Source of the DNA: Truepera sp.
GTDB taxonomy: Bacteria; Deinococcota; Deinococci; Deinococcales; Trueperaceae
Assembly (NCBI GenBank): GCA_965218435.1
Contig: CBDCKW010000009.1
Span: 1,344,001-1,408,000 of the forward strand
Reading direction: 5' to 3'
DNA length: 64,000 nucleotides
Positions within the stretch are counted from its first letter, which is position 1, and each line of letters begins with the position of its first letter. Shown piece by piece: positions 32,676 through 42,420 of the stretch. Under the pieces are notes generated by a model. The model was not told the origin of the DNA and searched no databases. It saw nothing but the letters and a program-made list of their open reading frames with translations. Position numbers and translations under genes: made by a program.

Positions 32676-33033
32676 GCACCACGTAGGAAAGGCTCAAGGC
32701 CATTTGAACACCTTCCGTAAAAGTCCCAAACAAGGTGTTGGCCTAACACAGTAGATTAAGGAACAATGAACGAAATTTAGCTTTCAAACCTCCCTCAAGT
32801 CAGTACGATGTGTATCAGGAGTGCATCACACGACTCCGCAGCAATACGGCGCAGCACGCTCTTTTGGGGAGGCCACCACAATACCGACGCGTGCTGCGCC
32901 CCTTTTTGTTGTGTTTTATCTTTTCGCGTAACTATGCTACACCAAGCCAACGAGGGGCGTCCATGAGAGGTGTTCTAGCGTCTCTCACCGCACTTACGCC
33001 TAAACCAAGTAAGGTACGCCTGGGAGGAAATCT

Positions 33034-33555
33034 GTGGGATCAACCCTAAAAACCCTGAAAATACTTTTTTGCCTGGTTGTGCTCGCCCTACCGGTGAGTT
33101 TTGCGCAACACGTTTATCTAGGCGGTACGGTCGGCACACCGCTCTCGTCAACCTTTAACAGCCCACTCGACTACGCTGAACTCGGCGCACAGCTGGGGTT
33201 TGACCCTTTGCCCGGTTTCGGGGTACGCGTTTCTGCTGAGGGAAACCCTGTGAACGGCGGCCTCAAACTAGCGAGCGGCGACGCGGTGTTCCGCTTTTTT
33301 TTACCGCTTTCGTATCACTCGTTTTATACCGGCCTCGGCGCCGACGCCCTTTTTAACGCACCACCGACCTCGCTCAGTTCTCTGCAGGACGCTCAGTTGG
33401 TCGCGCACGCACTCGGCGGGTTCGAGCTGCGACTGATCGGTGGGTTCGGCGTTTTCGGCGAAATCGTCCCGAGTTACCTCATCGGCTCAGACTTTATCAG
33501 CCGTAGCGCCTATTTTGTACGGTTGCGGGGTGGTCTCAACTTTCACTTTTTTTAG
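33034..33555 (+). CDS. Secreted / outer-membrane beta-barrel-like protein
   Basis: Signal peptide (SFA cleavage), alternating beta-strand pattern, C-terminal GGLNFHFF. Confidence 0.65.
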   Translation: MGSTLKTLKILFCLVVLALPVSFAQHVYLGGTVGTPLSSTFNSPLDYAELGAQLGFDPLPGFGVRVSAEGNPVNGGLKLASGDAVFRFFLPLSYHSFYTGLGADALFNAPPTSLSSLQDAQLVAHALGGFELRLIGGFGVFGEIVPSYLIGSDFISRSAYFVRLRGGLNFHFF

Positions 33556-33585
33556 TTCGCTCGAGCCAGTTTAGTCGGCCTTATT

Positions 33586-33612
33586 GGGGGGTGCTGCGGC
33601 ACCCTCTTTTTT
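33586..33612 (+). terminator. Intrinsic terminator
   Basis: GGGGGGTGC-tgcg-GCACCCTC followed by T6. Confidence 0.75.
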
Positions 33613-33747
33613 GTCGGTCTGACGCTGCTAAGCCAAGCTGCAAGCAGACCTCGCCGAGGTCTGTGACCTGAGTGGGTAGCCTCGAGACGCTCCCACAGGG
33701 TAAAGTGCGGAGACGCTACTGAGCGACAGTTCTTTAAGGAGGCGAAG

Positions 33748-35001
33748 ATGAAATTTGTCAAGGCGCTGTGCCTTACCCTCGTGGGTACGCTGGCAGGACT
33801 TAGTTTCGCGCAGGTACGGGTTTTTATCGGCTCGACGCTGCGCCCGGACGTGATCGGCCCGATTTTAGAGCAGTTCACTGCCAAAACCGGCATCAAGACC
33901 GAACTCGAGGAGGGCGGCGCCACGTCGGAGGTGCGCGACCAATACCTCAGCACGATTTTGACCAGCCGTAGCGGAGATATTGACCTGTACCTGATGGACG
34001 TGGTGAACCCGCCGCAATACGCCGCGGCAGGCTGGGCCGAACCGTTAGACGGCTATTTCAAGTCACCGGAAGCTGAGCAAGGGTTTCTCGAGCCCTTTTT
34101 AGACAGCGTGGTTACGGCCAATACGGTAGACGGCAAACTTTACGGCATCCCCGGTTGGACGGACGCCCAATTTCTCTACTACCGTAAAGACTTGCTCGAT
34201 AAATACGGCTTCAAGCCGCCGAAAACCTGGGAAGAACTTAAAACACAGGCACTGGCCATTACTAAGGGTGAAGGCAACCCCAACTTGCAAGGCTTTAACT
34301 ATCAGGGCGCAGCGATTGAGGGCACCAACTGCACCTTTTTAGAGGCGCTTTGGACAGCGGGTGGCAACTGGCAAGCCGACGACGGCACCGTTACCGTAGA
34401 TTCAGACCCCGGTCATACTGCGCTTTCCTGGTACGACGAAACCCTTTCGTCCGGCATCACCAAACCCGGTATCGCCGAAGAGACGACCGACCTGAGCCGT
34501 CAGGCGTTTCAGGCGGGCGACGTGGTGTTTATGCTCAACTGGGGCTACGCCTGGGCGCACTTTCAAGAAGACGACGACAGCGAGGTCAAAAGTGCGGTCG
34601 GCGTTGCGCCCTTGCCTGCGTTTGCCGACAACAGCTCAGCGACGTGTGTGGGCGGCTTCCAGTGGGCGATGAACCCGTTTAGCGGCAACAAAGACGAGGC
34701 GTTTCAGGTGATGCAGTATATGGCTTCTTACGACTCGCAAAAGCAGTTGGCGATTGCCGCCAGTCATATCCCGGCCCGCGACGCTCTCTATCAAGACAAA
34801 GAGGTGTTAGCCGCCGCGCCGCAGTTCGGTCAGTTTTTCGACGTGATTAAAAACGCGCGTCCGCGCCCCCTGACGCCTTTTTACAGCGAGGTCTCGGAGC
34901 TCATCCGCACCAACATGAACGCCTTTTTCGCCCGCGCTCAAGACGCCGATACGACGCTTTCAGAGATGCAGTCGGGACTGACAGACATCCTCGAGCAGTA
35001 G
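33748..35001 (+). CDS. Carbohydrate (CUT1) ABC substrate-binding protein, trehalose/maltose-like
   Basis: Signal peptide, DGKLYGIP, YYRKDLL, FM.NW.YAW and PRPLTPFY motifs. Confidence 0.87.
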   Translation: MKFVKALCLTLVGTLAGLSFAQVRVFIGSTLRPDVIGPILEQFTAKTGIKTELEEGGATSEVRDQYLSTILTSRSGDIDLYLMDVVNPPQYAAAGWAEPLDGYFKSPEAEQGFLEPFLDSVVTANTVDGKLYGIPGWTDAQFLYYRKDLLDKYGFKPPKTWEELKTQALAITKGEGNPNLQGFNYQGAAIEGTNCTFLEALWTAGGNWQADDGTVTVDSDPGHTALSWYDETLSSGITKPGIAEETTDLSRQAFQAGDVVFMLNWGYAWAHFQEDDDSEVKSAVGVAPLPAFADNSSATCVGGFQWAMNPFSGNKDEAFQVMQYMASYDSQKQLAIAASHIPARDALYQDKEVLAAAPQFGQFFDVIKNARPRPLTPFYSEVSELIRTNMNAFFARAQDADTTLSEMQSGLTDILEQ

Positions 35002-36114
35002 ATGGCGACAGCGTCACCTAAAAAACCCTATCAGCGCCCAGGTTTCTGGGCGCGTTTAACATCCGGGAACCCGACTGAAGCGCAACTCGGGTATCTTTTG
35101 CTGGTTCCTACCTTTTTGGTCCTGGCACTCGTGATGTTCTACCCGATTGTGAACGTCGTGTGGAAATCGCTGCACTACGAAAAGCTCAACCTGCCTGCGC
35201 GGGGGACGCCGTTCGTGGGCCTAGACAATTTCCGCGAGATGGCGTGGGGTGAAGGGCTCAGCTGGAGTGTGACGCACTTGCTAGTGTGGCGTTCACTTCT
35301 GTTAGCCGCGCTCGTGGCACTCTGGGCGCTGGTATGGCGGCGTTTCTCATGGACGGCGCTCGTCTGGACTGCCCTGCTTGTCGCGGTGTGGGCGCTGCTC
35401 GGCGTCTACCCAGGCCCGGAAGGGTCGTGGAACGACCCCCGCTTTTACAACGCGTTCGGCGTCTCGCTCCTGATCATCTTCGTGACCGTGATCGGGTCGT
35501 TTTTAGTCGGGTTGCCGCTCGCGCTCATCGCCGACCTCAAAACGCGTTGGCGCTGGCTGGTGCGCGTTGCGCTGCTGTTACCGTGGGCGATGCCGCCGGT
35601 TCTGACCGGTCTGATGTTCGCGTGGCTGTTTCAAGACCGTTACGGCGTCGTAAACGACCTCTTAGCCCGCGTCGGCATTGACGGCCCCATCTGGCTGGCT
35701 CGTGTGACGCCTGCGATTGTCGCGGTGAACTATACGCTGATTTGGAAAACCTCGTCGTTCGTCGGGCTCGTTCTGCTTGCCGGATTGCAGTCTATTGACC
35801 GTGGCCTCTATGAAGCCGCTGAAGTGGACGGCGCGAGTGTGTGGCAACGGTTCTGGCGGATTACCCTGCCGCTGTTGCGTCCAGCGATTGCGGTGGCGCT
35901 CATCTTCCGTACCCTGACCGCGATTCAAGCGTTTGACGTACCGTTTGCCATGACCCGGGGGGGGCCGGGCCGGGCTTTAGAAACGCTCGGCATCTACGTC
36001 TATAACACGACGCTGACGCTCGACATCGGTTACGCGGCAGCCCTTTCGGTCGCACTCTTTTTGCTGAGTTTGGGCATCACCCTCTTTTATCTGCGCTGGA
36101 TTTATACCGAATGA
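35002..36114 (+). CDS. Carbohydrate ABC permease
   Basis: EAA motif LYEAAEVDGAS.WQRFWRITLP. Confidence 0.88.
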   Translation: MATASPKKPYQRPGFWARLTSGNPTEAQLGYLLLVPTFLVLALVMFYPIVNVVWKSLHYEKLNLPARGTPFVGLDNFREMAWGEGLSWSVTHLLVWRSLLLAALVALWALVWRRFSWTALVWTALLVAVWALLGVYPGPEGSWNDPRFYNAFGVSLLIIFVTVIGSFLVGLPLALIADLKTRWRWLVRVALLLPWAMPPVLTGLMFAWLFQDRYGVVNDLLARVGIDGPIWLARVTPAIVAVNYTLIWKTSSFVGLVLLAGLQSIDRGLYEAAEVDGASVWQRFWRITLPLLRPAIAVALIFRTLTAIQAFDVPFAMTRGGPGRALETLGIYVYNTTLTLDIGYAAALSVALFLLSLGITLFYLRWIYTE

Positions 36115-36974
36115 ACCGGGTGTTCAAATACGTGGCTGTTCTGCTCGTCATTGTCAACGGGCTGTTTCCGGCAATTTGGTTGCTCCTCACCTCATTTAAG
36201 ACCGACGGCGAATTGCGGCAACTCCCGATTACCTACTGGCCGGAAAAGTTTACGCTGCAAAATTACGTCTCGGTCTTTACCGAAAATCCGTTCGGGCGCT
36301 TTTTGCTCAACTCGGCGGTCGTGTCCGTCATAGCGACGCTTCTCTGTGTTTTGTTCGCCGGACTCGCCGGGTACGCGCTCGGGCGGCTCAAGATGCCGGG
36401 ACGCCGCGTGCTGCTCACGCTTATCGTCATGACGAGTATGTTTCCGGCGCTCGTGCTGCTCGTCCCGCTCTACCGGCTGTTTGTCGGCGTTGAGATTCCT
36501 TTTTTAAGCGACTTGTTCGGCTCGCCGATTTTCACGCCTAATTTGCTCAACACCTATTGGGCGCTGATTATCCCGTATGTGGCCCTCAGTTTGCCGATTG
36601 CCACTCTTATCTTAACGAGCTTTTTTCAGCTGATTCCGGCCGATTTAGAAAGTGCCGCTTTAGTGGACGGCTGTACCCGTATTTCGGCCCTGTTTCGTAT
36701 CGTCGCCCCGGTGAGTGCGCCGGGTATCGTTACGGCGGCAATTATCGTCTTCGTCAACTCGTGGAACGAATTTTTGCTGGCGCTGACTTTTAATACCAGT
36801 TTGCAGATGCGCACCGTACCGGTCGGGATTACGCTCTACCAGGGTGAATATGCGTTTCCGTGGGCGATTATCAGCGCGGCGATTATGCTGGGAGTTTTGC
36901 CCCTGGTACTGCTCATTATCTTTTTTCAGCGGCGGATTATCAGCGGGTTGACGGCGGGGGGCGTCAAAGGTTAG
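36111..36974 (+). CDS. Carbohydrate ABC permease
   Basis: LESAALVDG, WNEFL and GLTAGGVKG motifs. Confidence 0.88.
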   Translation: MNRVFKYVAVLLVIVNGLFPAIWLLLTSFKTDGELRQLPITYWPEKFTLQNYVSVFTENPFGRFLLNSAVVSVIATLLCVLFAGLAGYALGRLKMPGRRVLLTLIVMTSMFPALVLLVPLYRLFVGVEIPFLSDLFGSPIFTPNLLNTYWALIIPYVALSLPIATLILTSFFQLIPADLESAALVDGCTRISALFRIVAPVSAPGIVTAAIIVFVNSWNEFLLALTFNTSLQMRTVPVGITLYQGEYAFPWAIISAAIMLGVLPLVLLIIFFQRRIISGLTAGGVKG

Positions 36975-37687
36975 CAGCTACCTAAACCATTGTGAGCGTA
37001 AAAAACTGTGCGCTGAGCCAGCACGTCGGTCGAGTTGACCAGCGGGCAGGGAAGCGCGTCCGCTGTTAAGACCAGCGGCACTTCGGTACACCCGGCGACG
37101 ATAACTTGAGCGCCCCGAGCAACCAGTGAATCCGTAAGGGCGCGCATCACCCTGCAGACCTCGCTGCTTTTGTCCCCCGCTTTGATGCGGTAAAGGAGCG
37201 TCATAAAGATGTCTCGTTCGCCGCCCTCGAGAACCAAGGGGGTGACGCCGCGTTCTGCAAAGGCCGTCTGATAGAGACCCGCGTCGAGGCAGCCGCTCGA
37301 GCCCAACACACCGACCGTTGTAAGCCCTGGTACCGCCTGCAGCGTCGCCGCGCACGTCTCCTCGATAAGGCTGATAAAAGGTACCGACACTGCCGCTTTA
37401 ATCTCGGCTTGAAAGGCGTGGGCGGCGTTACAGACCATCACCAAAAAGTCGGCCCCGGCGTGCTCGAGCCGCGCGGCCATCGCTGCTAGGGCCGGTCCCG
37501 GCGACGGCCCTGTCCCAGCAACCGCATCGTTACGGTTCGGCACCCCCGGATTGCTGTCGATAAGAAGGTGCAGATGCTCCTGATCACGCTGCGCGGGCGT
37601 CAGCTCGAGCACCTTCGCGTAAAAGTCGAGCGTCGCCTCCGGGCCGAGCCCCCCCAAGACGCCAACGACCAGCGGCTCGTCAGTCAC
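36971..37687 (-). CDS. Aspartate/glutamate racemase family protein (possible cysteate racemase)
   Basis: GVLGGLGPEAT, catalytic CNAAH and GCTE motifs. Confidence 0.85.
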   Translation of the reverse strand: MTDEPLVVGVLGGLGPEATLDFYAKVLELTPAQRDQEHLHLLIDSNPGVPNRNDAVAGTGPSPGPALAAMAARLEHAGADFLVMVCNAAHAFQAEIKAAVSVPFISLIEETCAATLQAVPGLTTVGVLGSSGCLDAGLYQTAFAERGVTPLVLEGGERDIFMTLLYRIKAGDKSSEVCRVMRALTDSLVARGAQVIVAGCTEVPLVLTADALPCPLVNSTDVLAQRTVFYAHNGLGSC

Positions 37688-38678
37688 GCAACACGTCCTG
37701 ATAAGCGTAGAGTGCCGGAGCGCCACCGGTATGTAAAAACAGCACCCGCTCGCCCTGCTTGAAATGCCCTTGACGCACCAGATCGATAAGCCCGGCGGCT
37801 GCTTTGCCGGTGTATACGGGGTCTAAAAGAATCCCTTCCAATCTGGCAAAAAGCTTGACCGCCTCGACCATCTCTTCGGTCGGTCGTGAATAACCCGGTC
37901 CCACGTAGTTGTCAAAGACGGCGAACGCCTCGCGTGGTACACCGCCCCGAACAGCTAAGTTCGCAGCGACTTCAGAGGCTAGAGCGTGCAGCTTCGCTTC
38001 TTGCGGTTCCTTTTTCGCCCTGACACTAATTCCGATAACCGGAACGCCCGCGTTAATGCCGACCATGCCGGTAACCAGCCCCGCGTGGGTACCCCCGGAG
38101 CCGCTCGCGCAGACCACTTGATCGAAAGCTACGCCCAGCTCGAAACTCTGCTGCATCAGCTCTTCGGCGCACGCCACGTAGCCGAGTGCGCCCAGCGCGT
38201 TCGAACCACCGCCGGGGATAAGGTAGCCTCGCCGCCCCGCTGCGTTCAGCTCGTCGGCTTCGGCCTGTAGCGCCGCGCTCAAGTCGCTACCCCCCTGAAC
38301 GACCGTAAGTTTTTCAGCCCCCAAAAGGTTAAAGAGGAAGTTGTTACCGCTCGCCTCCGGGTTGTATGAGTGGGGTACGCGCTCTTCTAGAACAAGACGG
38401 CATTTGAGGCCCTCTTTAACGGCGGCCGCGAGCGTCAGGCGGCAGTGATTGCTCTGCACTGCGCCCACCGTGACGAGGGTGTCGGCCCCTTGCGCCAAGG
38501 CGTCGGCGACCAAGAACTCGAGCTTACGCGTTTTGTTCCCGCCCCCGCTGAGCCCGAGCAGGTCGTCGCGTTTAATAAAAAGCTGCGGCCCACCCAAGTG
38601 CTTGCTCAGGCGCTCGAGCGGTTCAATAGGTGTTGGGGCCGGGGTGTAGCGGCGGCGGGGAAAGCGGGCGAGGTTCAT
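37680..38678 (-). CDS. D-cysteine desulfhydrase / ACC deaminase family PLP enzyme
   Basis: KRDD, GGNKTRKLE, QSNH, SGSGGT, LDPVYTGK and HTGG motifs. Confidence 0.9.
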   Translation of the reverse strand: MNLARFPRRRYTPAPTPIEPLERLSKHLGGPQLFIKRDDLLGLSGGGNKTRKLEFLVADALAQGADTLVTVGAVQSNHCRLTLAAAVKEGLKCRLVLEERVPHSYNPEASGNNFLFNLLGAEKLTVVQGGSDLSAALQAEADELNAAGRRGYLIPGGGSNALGALGYVACAEELMQQSFELGVAFDQVVCASGSGGTHAGLVTGMVGINAGVPVIGISVRAKKEPQEAKLHALASEVAANLAVRGGVPREAFAVFDNYVGPGYSRPTEEMVEAVKLFARLEGILLDPVYTGKAAAGLIDLVRQGHFKQGERVLFLHTGGAPALYAYQDVLRD

Positions 38679-38932
38679 GCCGGCTCCTGCGGCATAAGCC
38701 ACCAGAGCAGTATATAGCCAATTGCCAAAATCCCCCCGGATAAAAAGGTCGCCACCGAAAAGATAAGCCGCACAGCCCTGGGGCTGGTCCCGACGAACTC
38801 GGCGATTCCGCCCAAAACGCCCACGAGCACCCGGTCGTCACGTGAGCGCGTTAGTTTAGCATTCGTTTGCGGCCGACGGGCGCGGCGTTGGTCGTGCAAA
38901 AGTGGGTCGTCGGAGGGGTGTTCTCGGTTCAT
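38675..38932 (-). CDS. PspC domain protein
   Basis: LTRSRDDRVLVGVLGGIAE...YILLWWLMP. Confidence 0.85.
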   Translation of the reverse strand: MNREHPSDDPLLHDQRRARRPQTNAKLTRSRDDRVLVGVLGGIAEFVGTSPRAVRLIFSVATFLSGGILAIGYILLWWLMPQEPA

Positions 38933-39282
38933 ACCGTCACCTTAGCAACTGGGAGTTGGGGAAACAGCGACGCGTCTTGCAGGGCAGCGTGAACCTCGGC
39001 CTCGAGCCGCCGCACTTTGATTCCCTCATAGTCGTCAGGCAAAAGAGCGAGGTGCGCCAAAGCTTTGGCGTAGTTGCGCCGTCCGCCGCGGGGGTTGTCC
39101 ATCTTGCGGGCTTTGTGCAGCGCCGCCGCGAGCAAAATCACACCTGCACAGAGGCGTTTCTCGAGTCCCTCAGAAATCATCCACAAAGGCTCTAACGCCT
39201 CGTGCGCTTCCCAATACTCACCTGCGTTAAAAAGTTGCACGCCCTCTACCCATGCTGGACTCGTCGTGGTAGCTCCGGTCAT
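38929..39282 (-). CDS. DUF309 domain protein
   Basis: LFNAGEYWEAHEALE.LW motif. Confidence 0.85.
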   Translation of the reverse strand: MTGATTTSPAWVEGVQLFNAGEYWEAHEALEPLWMISEGLEKRLCAGVILLAAALHKARKMDNPRGGRRNYAKALAHLALLPDDYEGIKVRRLEAEVHAALQDASLFPQLPVAKVTV

Positions 39283-39665
39283 CTGCCTGCCTGCCGAAAG
39301 GCTCGGTTACGCCTTAAATCGTCTTCAATCAAAGACACGTCGCCTGCTTGCGACTCGACGTGGTGACGCAGCTCGTGTGTAAGCGTCTCCCAGAGCTGCG
39401 CGTCCCAATCAAACGTCGGGTCGTTTTGGGCGATGGCGGCAAACGAGCCGTAATAGAGCGCGATATGCCGTCCCAGCCCTTCACCTGCGCCGAGAAAGTT
39501 ACTGGGGCCGGGGTCTAAGTACTCGCCCAACCGGTAGACCTCGTGAAAGTGAGGCTCGAGCCTCACCTCAGGCAGTGCGTGAACGCCCTGCAGCTGGGTT
39601 AAAAACTCGTCCGGGATGTCTGCGACCATCTCGGCTAGGGTGTTTCCAAATTCGTCAAACGTCAT
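39279..39665 (-). CDS. Zincin-like metallopeptidase family protein
   Basis: IALYYGSF and THELRHH motifs. Confidence 0.75.
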   Translation of the reverse strand: MTFDEFGNTLAEMVADIPDEFLTQLQGVHALPEVRLEPHFHEVYRLGEYLDPGPSNFLGAGEGLGRHIALYYGSFAAIAQNDPTFDWDAQLWETLTHELRHHVESQAGDVSLIEDDLRRNRAFRQAGR

Positions 39666-39720
39666 GGGTTAAGCTTACGCGCCGGACGCGCAAGAAAGCG
39701 TAGTAGGGTATCTTAGAGAC

Positions 39721-40302
39721 GTGCCTGTTGCGAGGTCAGTTGCGCCCAAACGTGTCGTCGTGGGAGTTTCCGGTGGCAGCGGGCTGCGTTACGCGCTCGA
39801 TTTGCTGAGGGCGCTTCAAACCCTGCCGGTTGAAACACATCTGGTCATTACCAACGGGGCCAAACAGGTGATTCCTACGGAGCTTGATGAGACTTTACAA
39901 GCGTTTGAGGCTCTAGCTGAGGTGGTCTACAAAGATGCTGACCTCGGCGCGGCCGTCTCGTCGGGGTCGTTTCGGGCCTACGGGATGGTCGTCGTGCCGT
40001 GCTCTGCCGGAACCCTGGCGAAAGTGGCGCACGGCTTCGCCGACAACCTGCTGTCGCGGGCGGCGCATGTAACGCTTAAAGAACGCCGTCCGCTGGTTTT
40101 GGTGGTGCGTGAAGCGCCGTTTTCGCGGCCCATGCTGCAAAATATGCTCGCCGCGCACGACGCCGGGGCCGCCATTATGCCCGCGTCGCCGGGGTTTTAT
40201 CACCGACCGGAGACGGTAGACGAACTCGTCGGGACGGTCACGGCCCGGACGCTCGATCTGTTGGGGCTCGAGAACACCCGCGCCCCCAGATGGAAAGATT
40301 AG
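39721..40302 (+). CDS. ubiX: Flavin prenyltransferase UbiX
   Basis: SSGSF, VPCS.GTL, LKERR, RE and PGFYHRP motifs. Confidence 0.92.
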   Translation: MPVARSVAPKRVVVGVSGGSGLRYALDLLRALQTLPVETHLVITNGAKQVIPTELDETLQAFEALAEVVYKDADLGAAVSSGSFRAYGMVVVPCSAGTLAKVAHGFADNLLSRAAHVTLKERRPLVLVVREAPFSRPMLQNMLAAHDAGAAIMPASPGFYHRPETVDELVGTVTARTLDLLGLENTRAPRWKD

Positions 40303-40303
40303 G

Positions 40304-40987
40304 GTGGAAAGAGTAAGGGTGAAGGTTGCGGCGCTGATTCCGGCAGCCGGTGAGGGGCTGCGGCTCGGGCGCGGTCCGAAGGCGCTCGTCACGGTAGCAG
40401 GGGAGACGCTGCTGAGCCGTGCGGTTCGGGCATTTTTAGGCTTAACTGATGAGGTTGTCGTAGCAGTCTCACCGGCGATGCAACTAGCAATGCAACCGGT
40501 GGTGCAAGGTGGGCTCGAGCTTTCCGCTGTGCGTTTTGTTCCAGGCGGCCCTACCCGTCAGGAAAGCGTTTATAACCTCTTGCAGGCGACAACCGCCGAC
40601 ATCGTGCTGATTCACGACGCCGCACGACCTTTTTTAAGCCGCGAGGTTATCGGTGCCGTGATTGCGGCTGTAAAAGCGCATGGCGCGGCTTCAACGGTTT
40701 CTGCCGTTGCCGATACGCTGATAGAAACCCAGACCGGGCGCGTGGTAGACCGGCAAACGCTCCGCGCGGTGCAGACGCCGCAGGGCTTTCGCCGAGAGCT
40801 GATTTTAGCAGCGCACGACTACGCGTTGCGCTCAGGTTACGCCGCCACCGATGACGCGGCGTTGGTGCGGGCGCTCGGGCACGACGTCGCGCTCGTCGAA
40901 GGGAGCAGCTGGCTGCTGAAAGTCACGACCCAAGCCGACCTCGAGCTGGCCGAAGCTCTAGCCACCGTTTGGGACGCAAGATGTTAA
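40304..40987 (+). CDS. ispD: 2-C-methyl-D-erythritol 4-phosphate cytidylyltransferase
   Basis: IPAAG.G.R, RQESV, IHDAARPF, QTPQ and TDDA motifs. Confidence 0.92.
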   Translation: MERVRVKVAALIPAAGEGLRLGRGPKALVTVAGETLLSRAVRAFLGLTDEVVVAVSPAMQLAMQPVVQGGLELSAVRFVPGGPTRQESVYNLLQATTADIVLIHDAARPFLSREVIGAVIAAVKAHGAASTVSAVADTLIETQTGRVVDRQTLRAVQTPQGFRRELILAAHDYALRSGYAATDDAALVRALGHDVALVEGSSWLLKVTTQADLELAEALATVWDARC

Positions 40988-41805
40988 TCAACGCCTACGC
41001 CAAAGTCAACTTAGGGTTGAGCGTGCTGGGTCACCGCGCCGACGGGTTTCACGACGTTGACACGTTGCTGGTAAGGCTCGAGCTGCACGACGTTTTGACC
41101 TTAGACCCGACTGAAAAAGGGCTAACGCTCGAGCTGACCGGCGCAGACCTCGAGCTTCCGCCCGAACAAAACCTCGCCTACCGCGCTGCTGAGCTATATC
41201 TGCGTAAAGCCGGAGTCACGAGCGGCGTAGAGATTGGACTCGAGAAACGCATTCCCATTGCCGCTGGTCTAGGCGGCGGTTCAGCCGATGCCGGGGCCGT
41301 CTTACGAGGCTTGAAACAGCTCTACCCGGCAGACCTAGACATTTTGACACTGGCGGCACAACTCGGCTCAGACGTGCCGTTTTTTGCCGCTGACTTGGGC
41401 GCGGCCCGAGCTACCGGACGTGGGGAACGGCTCGAGCCCGTTGTTATTCCCGAACTCCATTTAGTCTTGGTCAATCCAGGTGTGGGGGTAAGTGCGGGGG
41501 ACGCTTATGGGCGTTTGGAGAAGATAACGGAGCCGCTCGAGCTGGAGACTATTTTGCGGCAACTCGCGCGGAACGAAGAACCGGGTTATTTCAATACACT
41601 GACGGACGGGGTGGTGGGACTCGAGCCGGTCATCGGTGAAGTTCTGGCGGTGCTGCGTCAAACCGGTCTCAGAGGCGTCTTGATGTCGGGGTCGGGTTCG
41701 ACGTGTTTTGGTCTGGCCGAGAGTCAGCACGAGGCTCAGCTGCTGGCAGCGACGTTACAAGAGGCGTATCCGGAATGGTGGGTATTGGCGACGCAGACGC
41801 CTTAA
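40981..41805 (+). CDS. ispE: 4-diphosphocytidyl-2-C-methyl-D-erythritol kinase
   Basis: AKVNLGL, KRIPIAAGLGGGS, GSDVPFF and MSGSGS motifs. Confidence 0.94.
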   Translation: MLINAYAKVNLGLSVLGHRADGFHDVDTLLVRLELHDVLTLDPTEKGLTLELTGADLELPPEQNLAYRAAELYLRKAGVTSGVEIGLEKRIPIAAGLGGGSADAGAVLRGLKQLYPADLDILTLAAQLGSDVPFFAADLGAARATGRGERLEPVVIPELHLVLVNPGVGVSAGDAYGRLEKITEPLELETILRQLARNEEPGYFNTLTDGVVGLEPVIGEVLAVLRQTGLRGVLMSGSGSTCFGLAESQHEAQLLAATLQEAYPEWWVLATQTP

Positions 41806-42335
41806 CGGTGCTCTAATGTACGTTGTAAATTGATAAGAAAACGTGGATCAGAACTTGTGTATATGAAGTCCGGCTTGCCATGAGGATAGAACCACACATG
41901 CAAGTCAATGTCTTTGAGGTGATACCTTACTCTTCCAAAGCGTTGCTTGCTCAAATCAGCCACAACCGCGTTGCCAATCTCAATACTCCCTTTCAGCAAA
42001 TCTTCAAGACTCTGACTATTTATGCGAGGGTCTTTTGCTCTCCATGCTAAAACATTTGGCACTAGATGCAAAGGATTAACAGACTTGAACTGTTTACTGG
42101 CCCTGATGATCTTGTCTGCAAGGCTATTGTGTAAAGCATTTGGAAAGATGCTTTTATTAGAGTCCAACTCAGGTAATGACTTTGCTTCACAATAAAAAAA
42201 GGTTCCGTTAGTTGCTGAGACCTTGAAGTCGGGAGTTTTAGTTGTACCCAATGTTCTTCCCCTGTAGCTTTCAACTAGCAGCTCACACGATTGAAAAAAC
42301 TCTTTTGCTTGGGCTTCACAGATTTCTTGAGCCAC
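41802..42335 (-). CDS. Hypothetical AT-rich protein with a PD-(D/E)xK-like motif
   Basis: KTPDF...YCEAK; lower GC than its neighbours. Confidence 0.55.
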   Translation of the reverse strand: MAQEICEAQAKEFFQSCELLVESYRGRTLGTTKTPDFKVSATNGTFFYCEAKSLPELDSNKSIFPNALHNSLADKIIRASKQFKSVNPLHLVPNVLAWRAKDPRINSQSLEDLLKGSIEIGNAVVADLSKQRFGRVRYHLKDIDLHVWFYPHGKPDFIYTSSDPRFLINLQRTLEHR

Positions 42336-42420
42336 CTATCTAAAAACCTCCGTGTATTATGCTGTATGCGTTAAGCGTCTGAAAGTGTTTCCTTAGCAAA
42401 AGTGCGATTAGCTTCCATTA

